This document shows, in pieces, positions 17,191 through 26,297 of a stretch of 64,000 bases of DNA. The stretch lies in assembly GCA_963923955.1 (NCBI GenBank), contig OZ000552.1, positions 1,914,150 through 1,978,149 of the forward strand. Reading direction: 5' to 3'. The DNA comes from Gammaproteobacteria bacterium (GTDB lineage: Bacteria; Pseudomonadota; Gammaproteobacteria; Eutrophobiales; Eutrophobiaceae). Under the pieces are notes generated by a model. The model did not search any database, was not told the origin of the DNA, and saw nothing but the letters and a program-made list of their open reading frames with translations. The stretch's first letter is position 1. Every line of letters begins with the position of its first letter. Both the position numbers and the translations under genes were made by a program.

Positions 17191-17961
17191 TTAATCCCCC
17201 TCGCCCAGCCGATATTCCCAGGCCTGTTGATTTTTCTTAGCATCCTGAATATAGGGCGAGCGGCGGATCAGGCCCAGCACCAGCCGGTTCAGCCAGGTGC
17301 CCGGAGGGCGCAAGGGGCGAATCACATCGATGAACAACACAACGCGTATGCCGTCGGTATTGTTCTGCACCTGATGCTTATAGGTATCATCAAACACCAG
17401 GCATTCGCCTTCCCGCCAGTGCGCCCGCGCACCGCCCACCTCGATCCAGCAGTCTGCATTCGGCTGCGGGATCATCAGGCCCAGATGACAACGCAACAGG
17501 CCCTTATACGGCCCGCGATGTAAGGGGATATGCTTGCCGGGCGATAAAACCGAGAAGAAGGCGGTGTACATGCCGGGCACGGATTCAATGATGCGGGTCG
17601 TCTCCGGACAGAGCCGGCAATTCGCAGCAAACTTATAACCATAGCCATGCAGGAAGAAGGTCTTCCAGCGATCATCGCGCGTGATGGTGGCCTGATCTTT
17701 GGAGATGTCCTGGAAGTTGGGGAGCTTCTCCGGGTGTTCCAGTATCTGCTCCAGCTCAGCGCGTATCTTTCGCCAGTCGCTCCTTAACAACGCCAGCCAG
17801 GCAAAGTCCCGTGCCTCCAGAAAGGGTTTGTCCGGCAGGGCGGAATAGTGCATTAACCATTTTTCTATGCGCTTGATGAACCACAGGCCCAGCGCCACGC
17901 TGAGCCGATGTTTCCTCTTCGGCCTGGCTTTCCCCCGCGCCCATCCGTTGTGCTCGCTCAT
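17191..17961 (-). CDS. Aspartyl/asparaginyl beta-hydroxylase family protein (LpxO/OlsC-like lipid hydroxylase)
   Basis: 256-aa ORF carrying HIPLHRGPYKGLLRCHLGL..W.EGECLVFDDTYKHQVQNN...RVVLFIDV, the Fe(II)/2OG hydroxylase signature of this family. Confidence 0.75.
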   Translation of the reverse strand: MSEHNGWARGKARPKRKHRLSVALGLWFIKRIEKWLMHYSALPDKPFLEARDFAWLALLRSDWRKIRAELEQILEHPEKLPNFQDISKDQATITRDDRWKTFFLHGYGYKFAANCRLCPETTRIIESVPGMYTAFFSVLSPGKHIPLHRGPYKGLLRCHLGLMIPQPNADCWIEVGGARAHWREGECLVFDDTYKHQVQNNTDGIRVVLFIDVIRPLRPPGTWLNRLVLGLIRRSPYIQDAKKNQQAWEYRLGEGD

Positions 17962-17982
17962 GCTGTTTTCTTTAAAGAGCGA

Positions 17983-18990
17983 TTAATGCAGTGCGCCCTT
18001 GTTCAGCAGCCGCAGCAGCACGCGCCAGCCCAGCAGCAAGGGATGCCGGCGTAATTGCGGCGTTACCTCAATGCGGACACCCGTATGCCGTTCTATCTTC
18101 CAGGCGGCGTAGTCCACACAATCGGCGAAGGTAAATGCGGCCTTTGCCAGCCGCATGAGCGACAAGAGCCGCCCCTGCCAGGTGCGCACACGCCAGCGCC
18201 GCAGCGTGCGCCGACAGCGGCGCTCGTCGCTTAGACCACGATAGCGCTCATGCGGCAGCACTTCGACCAGCCCGGCCAGGGCCGGGGCGGCGCCGGCGAC
18301 TAAGCGCTGGCAATCGCCCATGTTGAGATGCGTGAGCTGGCGGGCGCGATCTGCCGGTTCCGGGCGTAATTCGGCCGCATAGGAAAGCGCCAGCCCCCTG
18401 GTCCAGATGGCCTCGCTATCGACGATGCTGTTGCCCAAAACCGGGATGCTTTCTTTGAGGAAGGTTACGGTGGCGGCGGCCAGGATCTGGTGTAAGCGAA
18501 TGCGAGTAGTTTCATCTTGCGCATATACAATCCGCGTCGGCTGGGCAAAGCGCCCCCAGATGTAGGAATGAAACCAGCGAGTTGCGCCTTTTTCAAGGTC
18601 AGCCAAAGAGATAAGGCCATACTTGGCGCGCAGGCTCTGCCCCGGCTCTTGCCCTTGCCCTAGCCCCGGCCCCGGCAGTGCCAGGTAAAACACATTGGGC
18701 GGCAGGAGATGATTTAGTAATTGCAAGGATCTTTTCTTATAGGCTCGCCCATAATCATCAACCACGACATAGAGATCGACCACGCTTTCTTTGAGGGATT
18801 GAGTATGCAAACAAGAGCCGTACAACAATATCGCCTTGATCGTAGCGCCGTAGCGCTCCTCTAAAGCGGCGACAAAGGGGGCTGGGTCAATAGTTAATTT
18901 CCTGGAACATTGCGCCGCCCGCTCGCGGACAAGCCCCTGCGGCAGCGCCTCCGGCGTTGATATTGCAGCATGACTCATATTCATTTCCAC
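17983..18990 (-). CDS. Hypothetical protein, possibly a Tam41/Mmp37-like nucleotidyltransferase
   Basis: 335-aa ORF. The pattern LLYGSCLH...VVDLYVVVDDY...NVFYLAL......AKYGLISLADLEKG..RWFHSYIWGRFAQPTRIVY resembles the Tam41 CDP-DAG synthase family. It lies in an operon with a lipid kinase and a CDP-alcohol phosphatidyltransferase. Confidence 0.45.
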   Translation of the reverse strand: MEMNMSHAAISTPEALPQGLVRERAAQCSRKLTIDPAPFVAALEERYGATIKAILLYGSCLHTQSLKESVVDLYVVVDDYGRAYKKRSLQLLNHLLPPNVFYLALPGPGLGQGQEPGQSLRAKYGLISLADLEKGATRWFHSYIWGRFAQPTRIVYAQDETTRIRLHQILAAATVTFLKESIPVLGNSIVDSEAIWTRGLALSYAAELRPEPADRARQLTHLNMGDCQRLVAGAAPALAGLVEVLPHERYRGLSDERRCRRTLRRWRVRTWQGRLLSLMRLAKAAFTFADCVDYAAWKIERHTGVRIEVTPQLRRHPLLLGWRVLLRLLNKGALH

Positions 18991-18993
18991 GCC

Positions 18994-19998
18994 TTAACTC
19001 TGCGGAACCAGTATCTGGATGGTATCCGTCGCCGTGATTTCCAACTCGCCTGTGTCGTTATCGGCGCGGTAGATCTCGCCGTCAACGACAAATTCGCCCT
19101 GCATGGCAAGGGTCAATGTATGCAGGTTCTGGCTGTAATAACCATTGCTTTGCTGCAAGCGTCTTCCGTAGCCGGCCAATGCGGCGGGCAGTGCATAGAA
19201 TAAACCTTTAGGGGATTGTCTCACCATCGTCGCATGGATGGGGAGGGCTTCATCCCCCCAGTAGGGCCGGGTGCCGATCAATAAGCGCTCCAGGGTGCTG
19301 GCAAAGACGGTCAAATAATGCGTCCCCGGCAAGGCGATATGATCCGCCCTGAGCGATGCGGCATGACCATGCGGCGTGCGGTGAAACAACAGGGAGACAA
19401 GATAACGCAGCATCACCAGGCCTGAGGCGCCCTCGCCGGTCAGGCCGGTCTGCTGGATCTTATCTCTAAAAAACTTCACGCCCGCAACGATCAGGCCGGT
19501 GGCAAAGAACATCCCGTATAAGGGCCTGCCGCCGCCGCGGAGGATCTTCAAGACCGGGCGCTCTGTCAACCGGCCCATGGACGAATCGGCAAGCACGGCA
19601 GCGAGGGAATGCAATACTTTTAGCGGACTGCCGGCGATGCCGAGATCATGCGCCGTCATGTTTGTCGTGCCGGCCGGGATGGGACACAGCAGCGGCAGGC
19701 GGGTAAAAATTTTATTAGCGAATAGGTAGCTCAAGACCGCATGGAAGGTGCCGTCTCCGGCAATCACCAGCAGCAGTTGAATATTGCTGTCGGCAAACTC
19801 ATCCAGGATCTGCTGAAACTCTGCCGCATTGGAACCTTCTCGGTAGCGCACAGCGGGCAAGGCAGCGGAAAGGGCGCGGATAGCGGGTTTCCTTTTGACT
19901 CGCCCACTCAAGGGATTGCAGAGTACGCCCACTGTATCAAAAACCCTTGTCGAATTATCCGGGCTATGCGGGTTATGCGGGCCGCCGGGCCGCATCAC
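18994..19998 (-). CDS. Diacylglycerol-kinase-like lipid kinase (DAGK_cat, YegS/BmrU-like)
   Basis: 334-aa ORF with VLCNPLSGR near the N-terminus and the GDGT motif LLLVIAGDGTFHAVL. It overlaps the upstream gene by 4 nt. Confidence 0.7.
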   Translation of the reverse strand: MMRPGGPHNPHSPDNSTRVFDTVGVLCNPLSGRVKRKPAIRALSAALPAVRYREGSNAAEFQQILDEFADSNIQLLLVIAGDGTFHAVLSYLFANKIFTRLPLLCPIPAGTTNMTAHDLGIAGSPLKVLHSLAAVLADSSMGRLTERPVLKILRGGGRPLYGMFFATGLIVAGVKFFRDKIQQTGLTGEGASGLVMLRYLVSLLFHRTPHGHAASLRADHIALPGTHYLTVFASTLERLLIGTRPYWGDEALPIHATMVRQSPKGLFYALPAALAGYGRRLQQSNGYYSQNLHTLTLAMQGEFVVDGEIYRADNDTGELEITATDTIQILVPQS

Positions 19999-21188
19999 TG
20001 CACAGGCCTCCTGATGAACACACGCACCGCCAGTCTGTGCCGGTCCTGCTGCGGGTCAATTCCCTCCAGCCACGAGACCAGTGCGCCTGTGCGCTGCTTT
20101 TCCCGCCAGGCCAGCAGGGCGCGCCAGGCAAGAAACAGCGTACAGAGGCCATGCCAGAGGATCACCAGGTACAGCCCGACATCGGGCCGCCCGGCCATAT
20201 AGCCAAGCGTGAGCAATACCATGTTAGGGTTACGTCGGGCGGTGACCAGGCGATGAAAGGAATCCAGCTCGCGCCATATAAATATCGAGAAGCGCGCCAG
20301 CCATAACTCAAAGATGCCCTCGCACACCCTGCCGCCGATATAGCCCAAAAAGATCAGCCAGATGAGAACAGACAATGGCGCAGCCAGCAGGCCGCTTGCG
20401 CTCAAGCCCACCGCCCAGGCCCAGTACCAGAGGGGCGGGTGGATGAGATCCAGCCCATGATCCAGGACATTGCCCAATCTGCTTGCAGTAACCGTCACGC
20501 GCGCCAGTTTGCCATCCACAGTATCCAAAAAGGTCATGATCCAGCCCAACAACAGGCCGGGGCCGAAATAGCCATGCCAGAATAAAAGCCCGGCCAGAAT
20601 GGCCAATACCAGACTCGCCAGCGTCACCTGATTGGCCTGTATCTGGTGCTGCACACATAGCTTCGTAGCCAGCCGCGCCGGCAGCGGCCAGAGCCACTTG
20701 GTCACAAAATCCGTAACGCCCTTGTAGGAGCCGGAGAATAATTCTTTCTCTAGGGACTGGCGATTCTCTCGGCCAATAGGCAATAGAGTCAGCGCATCGT
20801 ATTTTCGTAATCTAAGATCCGGGACATGGGCCAGCTCATTAACAGACCTTATCGGCAGGCTCGGTTCGGCTTCTTCCAGTCGGCCTGAAAAGATCGCGGC
20901 GACCTTGTCGGCTATATCTCCGTGCGCCCGCACCGCCACCACAGGGCACCCGGTCTTCGTTGTCAGGATGAATGGCGCCTCGGTATCGACCAATGCCTGC
21001 AACAGACGTCCATCAAAGAGATAGTCGCCTCTTAGGTAAATGACGCTCGCATCAGGAGGGATGGAAGCCGCCGCCTCAATCAGCGCCACGCCAGCAAGCT
21101 GGCCAAGCTGGCGCTCTAAGCGCTGTTTGCCGCGTAAGCCCCACAGCGCCAGCTCACTGTCGCCCAGGATGTGAATATAGCTTGTCAT
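19995..21188 (-). CDS. CDP-alcohol phosphatidyltransferase with an N-terminal extra domain of about 150 aa
   Basis: 397-aa ORF with the signature DTVDGKLARVT....G..LDHGLDLIHP and multiple TM helices. The N-terminal domain is soluble and lacks a canonical GxGxR nucleotidyltransferase motif. Confidence 0.75.
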   Translation of the reverse strand: MTSYIHILGDSELALWGLRGKQRLERQLGQLAGVALIEAAASIPPDASVIYLRGDYLFDGRLLQALVDTEAPFILTTKTGCPVVAVRAHGDIADKVAAIFSGRLEEAEPSLPIRSVNELAHVPDLRLRKYDALTLLPIGRENRQSLEKELFSGSYKGVTDFVTKWLWPLPARLATKLCVQHQIQANQVTLASLVLAILAGLLFWHGYFGPGLLLGWIMTFLDTVDGKLARVTVTASRLGNVLDHGLDLIHPPLWYWAWAVGLSASGLLAAPLSVLIWLIFLGYIGGRVCEGIFELWLARFSIFIWRELDSFHRLVTARRNPNMVLLTLGYMAGRPDVGLYLVILWHGLCTLFLAWRALLAWREKQRTGALVSWLEGIDPQQDRHRLAVRVFIRRPVQ

Positions 21189-21274
21189 TTTGCTCAGGCT
21201 TTCCTTAAAGCAACTTGTGAGTCCGGCTGAAATCAGACACTATGACTTTACAACGAATAGCTTAGTAAGCGCCA

Positions 21275-22201
21275 GTGCCGGACAAGCTAAAATTAGTCCA
21301 TCTCTCTGATCCACACCTGAGCAGCCTGGAAGGGGTGCGCTGGCGTGAATTGCTGAATAAACGCCTGTTGGGCTATCTGTCCTGGCGTCTGCGCCGACGG
21401 CATGCGCATCGCCCCGAAATCCTGGCGCGGCTGCAAGAGGAGCTGCGTCGGCTAGGGGCGGAGCAGCTGATCATCAGCGGCGATCTCACGCACATCGGCA
21501 CGGAAGATGAATGCCGGCAGGCGCTTACCTGGCTACGCAGGCTCGGCGAGCCTGAAGATACCATGCTTGTGCCGGGCAACCATGATCGCTACGCACCGGC
21601 CAACTGGCAACGGACGCTTGGTCTCTGGCAAAAGTACATGACCGGCGAGCAGGATGCTGCTGATTCACCCCTCTTTCCCGCCCTGCGCCGCTTAGGCGCA
21701 GTCGCCTTGATTGGGCTATCAAGCGCCGTACCGACCCTTCCCTTCCTGGCCAGCGGCCGTCTTGGGCGCGCCCAGCTTGAGGCCCTGGATCGATTGTTGG
21801 ACGGGCTGAGAAAGGAGGCGCTGTTTCGCGTGCTGGTATTGCATCACGGCCCCGTGGCCGGCACCACAAGCCGGCGGCGCGGCCTTGACGATGCGAAAGA
21901 ACTTCGGGAAATCCTGCACCATCGCGGCGCGGAGTTGGTCTTGCATGGGCACGGCCATCATTTTTTTCACGGCCAGATAGAGGGCAAGATAGATTGCCAA
22001 GATAGAACCATCCCGGTATTTGGCGTACCTTCTGCCTCAGCAAGCAGCGATAAGCCTGAGAGACGCGCCGGCTATAATGTCTATGAAATAGAAAACGCCG
22101 CAGACCACTGGCATCTAGCGGCTTGCTCGCGGGTGCTGAACAAGGCAAAGGACCGCTTCGAGGTGAAAAAGGAATATGCGTTTGTGCTGCCGAAGATGTG
22201 A
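21275..22201 (+). CDS. Metallophosphoesterase
   Basis: 308-aa ORF with the calcineurin-like motif series HLSDPHL, SGDLTH, PGNHD, LHHGP and LHGHGHH. Confidence 0.8.
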   Translation: MPDKLKLVHLSDPHLSSLEGVRWRELLNKRLLGYLSWRLRRRHAHRPEILARLQEELRRLGAEQLIISGDLTHIGTEDECRQALTWLRRLGEPEDTMLVPGNHDRYAPANWQRTLGLWQKYMTGEQDAADSPLFPALRRLGAVALIGLSSAVPTLPFLASGRLGRAQLEALDRLLDGLRKEALFRVLVLHHGPVAGTTSRRRGLDDAKELREILHHRGAELVLHGHGHHFFHGQIEGKIDCQDRTIPVFGVPSASASSDKPERRAGYNVYEIENAADHWHLAACSRVLNKAKDRFEVKKEYAFVLPKM

Positions 22202-22353
22202 GCAAGCACGACCAGAGCCTGTCTCAAAATGAGAAATTTCTCCTCTGTGCAAGGCATACGCCTCTCCAGCAGCGCAGTTCACACGAAGTAAATGAGCATT
22301 TGAGAGAAGCGAGGACACAGCACGGGCGGAAAAGGGCAATTTTGAGGCAGGTT

Positions 22354-23418
22354 CTAGGCATATCGATCCAGCCACAACTTGGCAACAAGGATCAACAACA
22401 ATCCGGGCGCCAGGGCCACCAGCGGCAGGCTTAGCTCCAACAATAAACCCACATTGGAAATAATCTGATCCAGCAGATAGACACACAGCCCGGTTAATCC
22501 CGCCAGCACCAGCCGATAGGCAACGCCGGTACGCACCGAACCCAGCACAAAGGGCACTGATAGCAGCAGCATGGCAATGGTGATCAATCCGCTGCCCAGC
22601 TTGCGCCACAGGGCGAGTGAGTAGGGCGCATCCTGCTGCTCGGTCTCACGCAGGTGGCGGATGTATTGATAGAGCTGCAGCGGCGACAGGCTCTCTGGCG
22701 GACGCGTCAAGGTGGCCAGCTGCTCGGCATCAAGAAAGGGCCGCCACTCCAGCGCCTCAATGCTGCGCGAGCGAATGTCCAGATGGCTGATCGTCTTTAG
22801 CGTAACATTGCGCAAGATCCACTCTGTATCAGTAATAATGTTTGCATAATCGGCGTGGATATATTGCTCCAGCAGGCCGTCTTGACTAAAAAAAAATATT
22901 TCTACCCCGTCCAGCCGATAGAGACTGCCGGTCTCGCTGATGCGCAGTACATGCTTTTTATCCTTGCTCCATACGCCCAACTCCTGACCTAATTCCGTGC
23001 TCTGCTCCAGGGCCTGCGAGCGGCGCGCCAGGGCATCGTGCTGCAAGGGCGGCGCGATGAACTGCTCCAAGATCGCCAGCACAAGCACCAACAACAGGCC
23101 CACTTTGAGAGAGGCGAGACTGATCCGGGCGGGCGACAGGCCGGCGGCACGCAGCGTGATCAGCTCCTGGTTGATGGCCAATCTGCCTAAGGCGATCACA
23201 TTGCCCAGCAGGGCAATAAAGGGGGCGAGCTGGATCAAACGCCGCGGCAACAGCAGGGCGACATAGATGAAGGCATCGCGGCTGGTATAAAAGCCCTGCC
23301 CGACATCATCAAGCTGCTCGATCAGATCGAGAAAGCCAAACAAAGGCAGCAGGATGGCCGCGGCAATGAGCAGGCCCCAGAGGATCTGGCTGATCAGATA
23401 ACGCTCAATGGTCAGCAT
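22354..23418 (-). CDS. lptG: LPS export ABC permease LptG
   Basis: 354-aa ORF. MLTIERYLISQIL... with the LDLIEQLDDVGQGFY segment is typical of LptG. It lies directly downstream of lptF. Confidence 0.8.
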   Translation of the reverse strand: MLTIERYLISQILWGLLIAAAILLPLFGFLDLIEQLDDVGQGFYTSRDAFIYVALLLPRRLIQLAPFIALLGNVIALGRLAINQELITLRAAGLSPARISLASLKVGLLLVLVLAILEQFIAPPLQHDALARRSQALEQSTELGQELGVWSKDKKHVLRISETGSLYRLDGVEIFFFSQDGLLEQYIHADYANIITDTEWILRNVTLKTISHLDIRSRSIEALEWRPFLDAEQLATLTRPPESLSPLQLYQYIRHLRETEQQDAPYSLALWRKLGSGLITIAMLLLSVPFVLGSVRTGVAYRLVLAGLTGLCVYLLDQIISNVGLLLELSLPLVALAPGLLLILVAKLWLDRYA

Positions 23419-23421
23419 GGC

Positions 23422-24537
23422 CTATCTCAAAGAGGGGCGCCGCCGCAGCGCAGGTCGAAATTCGGGCCGAAGCGCAGGCCGAAGTTCGGACCGAAGTTCG
23501 GGCGACAAAAGTAGCAATACCACGATCAACAGCAGCGCCTGTAGCCACCAGACACCTGGGAATTGCGCCACCACGCCCTGCTCAACCCAGCTGCGCGCCA
23601 GGCCGCTTAAGTTGTAATAGATCGCAAAGGCGAGCGCGGCAGTGAAGATCTTTTCATTCTTCCCCTGCCGGGCTGAGGAGCGGCTGAGCGGCACGGCCAA
23701 CAGGGCTAATAATATGGTGGAAAAGGGACGCGACAGGCGCCACTGCAACTCGGCCACGTCCATAGGCTGCTCTGATTGCAACAGGACTAAGGTATTCGCC
23801 GCCTTGCGCTTATAGCCGATGCTGTCTTCTGGGTCTTCTAAGAAAGTCACCATCTTCTCAAAGCGGATGACCTCATCGGCCGCGGTATCCGCAGAAAGCC
23901 GATATATCATGCCATCGAGGAGATGAATTTCTCCGCGTTGCGCAAGTTCCTGTTGGAATTGTCGGCCCTGCCGGGCCACGATCAGCTCATTGGCAGCGTC
24001 CTTTTGCAGGTAGTGAAAGACTTGCTGCATCGTGCCTGATGTCTTGTCCTGGATGTAGATCACCCGGCCGTTCTCTTCATTGCCATAGAAACGTCCCGGC
24101 TGAAAACGATCCGTATTCAGATCCGCATCAGCCCGGGCATCGACAAGATAGCTGAGCTCATAGGCCCAGGGCCGGCCGCTGATAGACAAGGCACCAACGA
24201 GCACGGCTACCGGCACGGCGAGCAGCAACACCGCCCTGACAATGCACAGGCCATTCACCCCGGCGGCGCGCAGCGCCACGATCTCCTGATCGCGGTGTAG
24301 CCGGCCAAGACCGATGACAATGGATACATAAAACGAGATCGGGATGAGCACCTCCAGGGCGATCAGGGTCTTTAGCAGGACTAACTTCAGCATCATGACA
24401 AGCCCCAGGGTCTGGGTGATGCCGGCGGCGAGATAGCGGGCGCTGCTGAAGCTGGCAAACAGCAGGATAAGGATGCCTAACACCGCGGCCAGGGGTTTGA
24501 CGATCTCCAGAACAATGTAGCGTTCTATGTTTCTCAT
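23422..24537 (-). CDS. lptF: LPS export ABC permease LptF with a repetitive Arg/Pro C-terminal tail
   Basis: 371-aa ORF starting MRNIERYIVLEIVKPL, in the YjgP/YjgQ permease family and paired with lptG. The tail reads SPELRSELRPALRPEFRPALRRRPSLR. Confidence 0.8.
   Translation of the reverse strand: MRNIERYIVLEIVKPLAAVLGILILLFASFSSARYLAAGITQTLGLVMMLKLVLLKTLIALEVLIPISFYVSIVIGLGRLHRDQEIVALRAAGVNGLCIVRAVLLLAVPVAVLVGALSISGRPWAYELSYLVDARADADLNTDRFQPGRFYGNEENGRVIYIQDKTSGTMQQVFHYLQKDAANELIVARQGRQFQQELAQRGEIHLLDGMIYRLSADTAADEVIRFEKMVTFLEDPEDSIGYKRKAANTLVLLQSEQPMDVAELQWRLSRPFSTILLALLAVPLSRSSARQGKNEKIFTAALAFAIYYNLSGLARSWVEQGVVAQFPGVWWLQALLLIVVLLLLSPELRSELRPALRPEFRPALRRRPSLR
23448..23506. repeat. 24-nt imperfect tandem repeat (2.4 copies) inside the 3' end of lptF
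   Basis: GCGCAGGTCGAAATTCGGGCCGAA (23448-23471) is followed by GCGCAGGCCGAAGTTCGGACCGAA (23472-23495) and a partial GTTCGGGCGAC. It encodes the RPxxRPAL tail. Confidence 0.8.
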
Positions 24538-24745
24538 CGCTTACATGCGCTCTCTGTAATTTTAAGGAAGACGCTGCCGCGGCTCATTAGGATCTAAGGA
24601 CAAATTGATGATAGCAATATACAGCACTGACTGTATGATAGGCCGCTTTCAAGGCAATGGGCACAGCAACGGCGATGCCGACAGCGCTGGAGACCTGCTA
24701 TTGCGCAAGCTAAATCATGCAGCTATCAGTTGATCAATATAACAC

Positions 24746-25474
24746 ATGACGACGGCTATCATCCTAAGTGCCGGGCAGGGCAAACGCCTCCTGCCGCATA
24801 CCGAGCAGCGCCCGAAATGCCTCTTGCGTGTCGGTGAGAAGACGATACTGGAATGGCAGGTCGATACCCTGTTGGCGGCCGGCATTGCTAAGATCAATAT
24901 CGTAACCGGCTTTCATGCAGCGCTGATTGATGCCCTGCTTGCAGAGCGTTATGCGGGCCGGGCGCAGCTTGGGACCATACTCAATCCCTTTTTTGATGTC
25001 TCGGATAACCTGGCCAGTTGCTGGCTGGCGCGCCATGCCATGCAGGATGATTTTCTTCTCATCAACGGCGACACCCTGTTTGAGCAGGCGATACTGGATA
25101 AGGTCTTAGACTCAGCCAGCTGCCCCATTACCCTGACCATTGACTACAAGGATGACTACGATGATGACGACATGAAGGTGGCGTTGGCCGGCTCTTACGT
25201 TGCACATGTCAGCAAGAGTCTATCCGCCGCGCAGACACACGCAGAGTCCATCGGCCTGTTGTATTTTCGGGGCGATGGCCCGGCATTGTTTCGCCGCGCG
25301 CTGGAAGAGACCATCCGGCAGCCCCGGGGCTTAAAGGCCTGGTTCCTTGCTGTGATCGATGCGCTGGCCGGGAGGAAATTGGTCCGGCCCTGCTCGATCA
25401 AGGGGCTACGCTGGGCGGAGATTGATTTTATTGACGACCTGCAAGCAGCCGAGTCAATATTTACTGAGCAATAA
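24746..25474 (+). CDS. NTP-transferase (LicC-like sugar/phospho-alcohol nucleotidyltransferase)
   Basis: 242-aa ORF with AIILSAGQGKRL (the GxGxR nucleotide-binding loop), INGDTLF, and a C-terminal region typical of phosphocholine or phospho-sugar cytidylyltransferases. Confidence 0.7.
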   Translation: MTTAIILSAGQGKRLLPHTEQRPKCLLRVGEKTILEWQVDTLLAAGIAKINIVTGFHAALIDALLAERYAGRAQLGTILNPFFDVSDNLASCWLARHAMQDDFLLINGDTLFEQAILDKVLDSASCPITLTIDYKDDYDDDDMKVALAGSYVAHVSKSLSAAQTHAESIGLLYFRGDGPALFRRALEETIRQPRGLKAWFLAVIDALAGRKLVRPCSIKGLRWAEIDFIDDLQAAESIFTEQ

Positions 25475-25480
25475 AATTCA

Positions 25481-26290
25481 TTACGACTCTTCTCTGGCAA
25501 GCAGCCTCTTAACAAACTCTCGATCCTCAGGCGTATCCACATCAATGCCGGCGCGCGCATAGGGCAGCAAGACTGCGGATAGATTGAGCTCTAAGCGCCG
25601 GGATAATTGGCTTAGCACCTGCGGCAGAGCAAGCCGACCCAGGACATAGGCCAGCGTTGCCGAGAAGCCCATAATGCCGGCGACCATGCGCCAGGGATGC
25701 TTGCGGCGCTGCTCTACATTTTGCCAAAAGGGCACCAGCCTGCGCCCCTCTGCGGTCATAAAGGCGAACAGGTTACAAGAACAATAGTCCCCGTCCTGCA
25801 AGCGCATCACTGTGCGCTTAACCTCGGGAAAGGCCTGCTGAATAAGCTGATAGTCAATGATTCCAAAGCTCGCATCCGCCTCCTGCTCTGTTGATTGTTG
25901 AAGAAAATCGCGCACGATCTCTGCGTCCAACAGGGCATGGTCGGCGCTGGTCAGCAGCACCGGTGTCGCCGCATCGATCTGCATCAAGGCGGCCGCGGCG
26001 CTCCGGGCCGGCGAGTCCTGCGTAGCAATCCAGTGAATGTCATCATCAGCGATACGTTGCGCCAATTCCGGGCAGGCCGTAAGCGCTTCTTGCGCCGGCC
26101 CGCATAGGATAATCGAGCCAATCCGGCCGCTCTCCTGCAAGGCATCCAGCACCCGGAGGATCATCGGCCTGTTGGCGATGGGCGCAATCGCCTTGCATAG
26201 CGTGCCGGCGGCGAGCGCTACCGGATCGCTCGCCGTCCTGTCTCCAGCCAGGACAGTGGCGATGAAGCGCTGTTGTGGGTCCTCGCTCAT
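25481..26290 (-). CDS. Nucleotidyltransferase family protein (MobA-like NTP_transf_3)
   Basis: 269-aa ORF carrying VLAGDRTASDP...KAIAPIANRPMILRVLDAL and LLTSADHALL. Confidence 0.6.
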   Translation of the reverse strand: MSEDPQQRFIATVLAGDRTASDPVALAAGTLCKAIAPIANRPMILRVLDALQESGRIGSIILCGPAQEALTACPELAQRIADDDIHWIATQDSPARSAAAALMQIDAATPVLLTSADHALLDAEIVRDFLQQSTEQEADASFGIIDYQLIQQAFPEVKRTVMRLQDGDYCSCNLFAFMTAEGRRLVPFWQNVEQRRKHPWRMVAGIMGFSATLAYVLGRLALPQVLSQLSRRLELNLSAVLLPYARAGIDVDTPEDREFVKRLLAREES

Positions 26291-26297
26291 CGTTTAG

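Noticed and set aside
22888-22896. A9 run inside lptG as a phase-variation switch
   Set aside because: The gene is intact and presumably essential, and the run simply encodes Phe-Phe-Phe. I used it only as a control for the homopolymer-frameshift argument.
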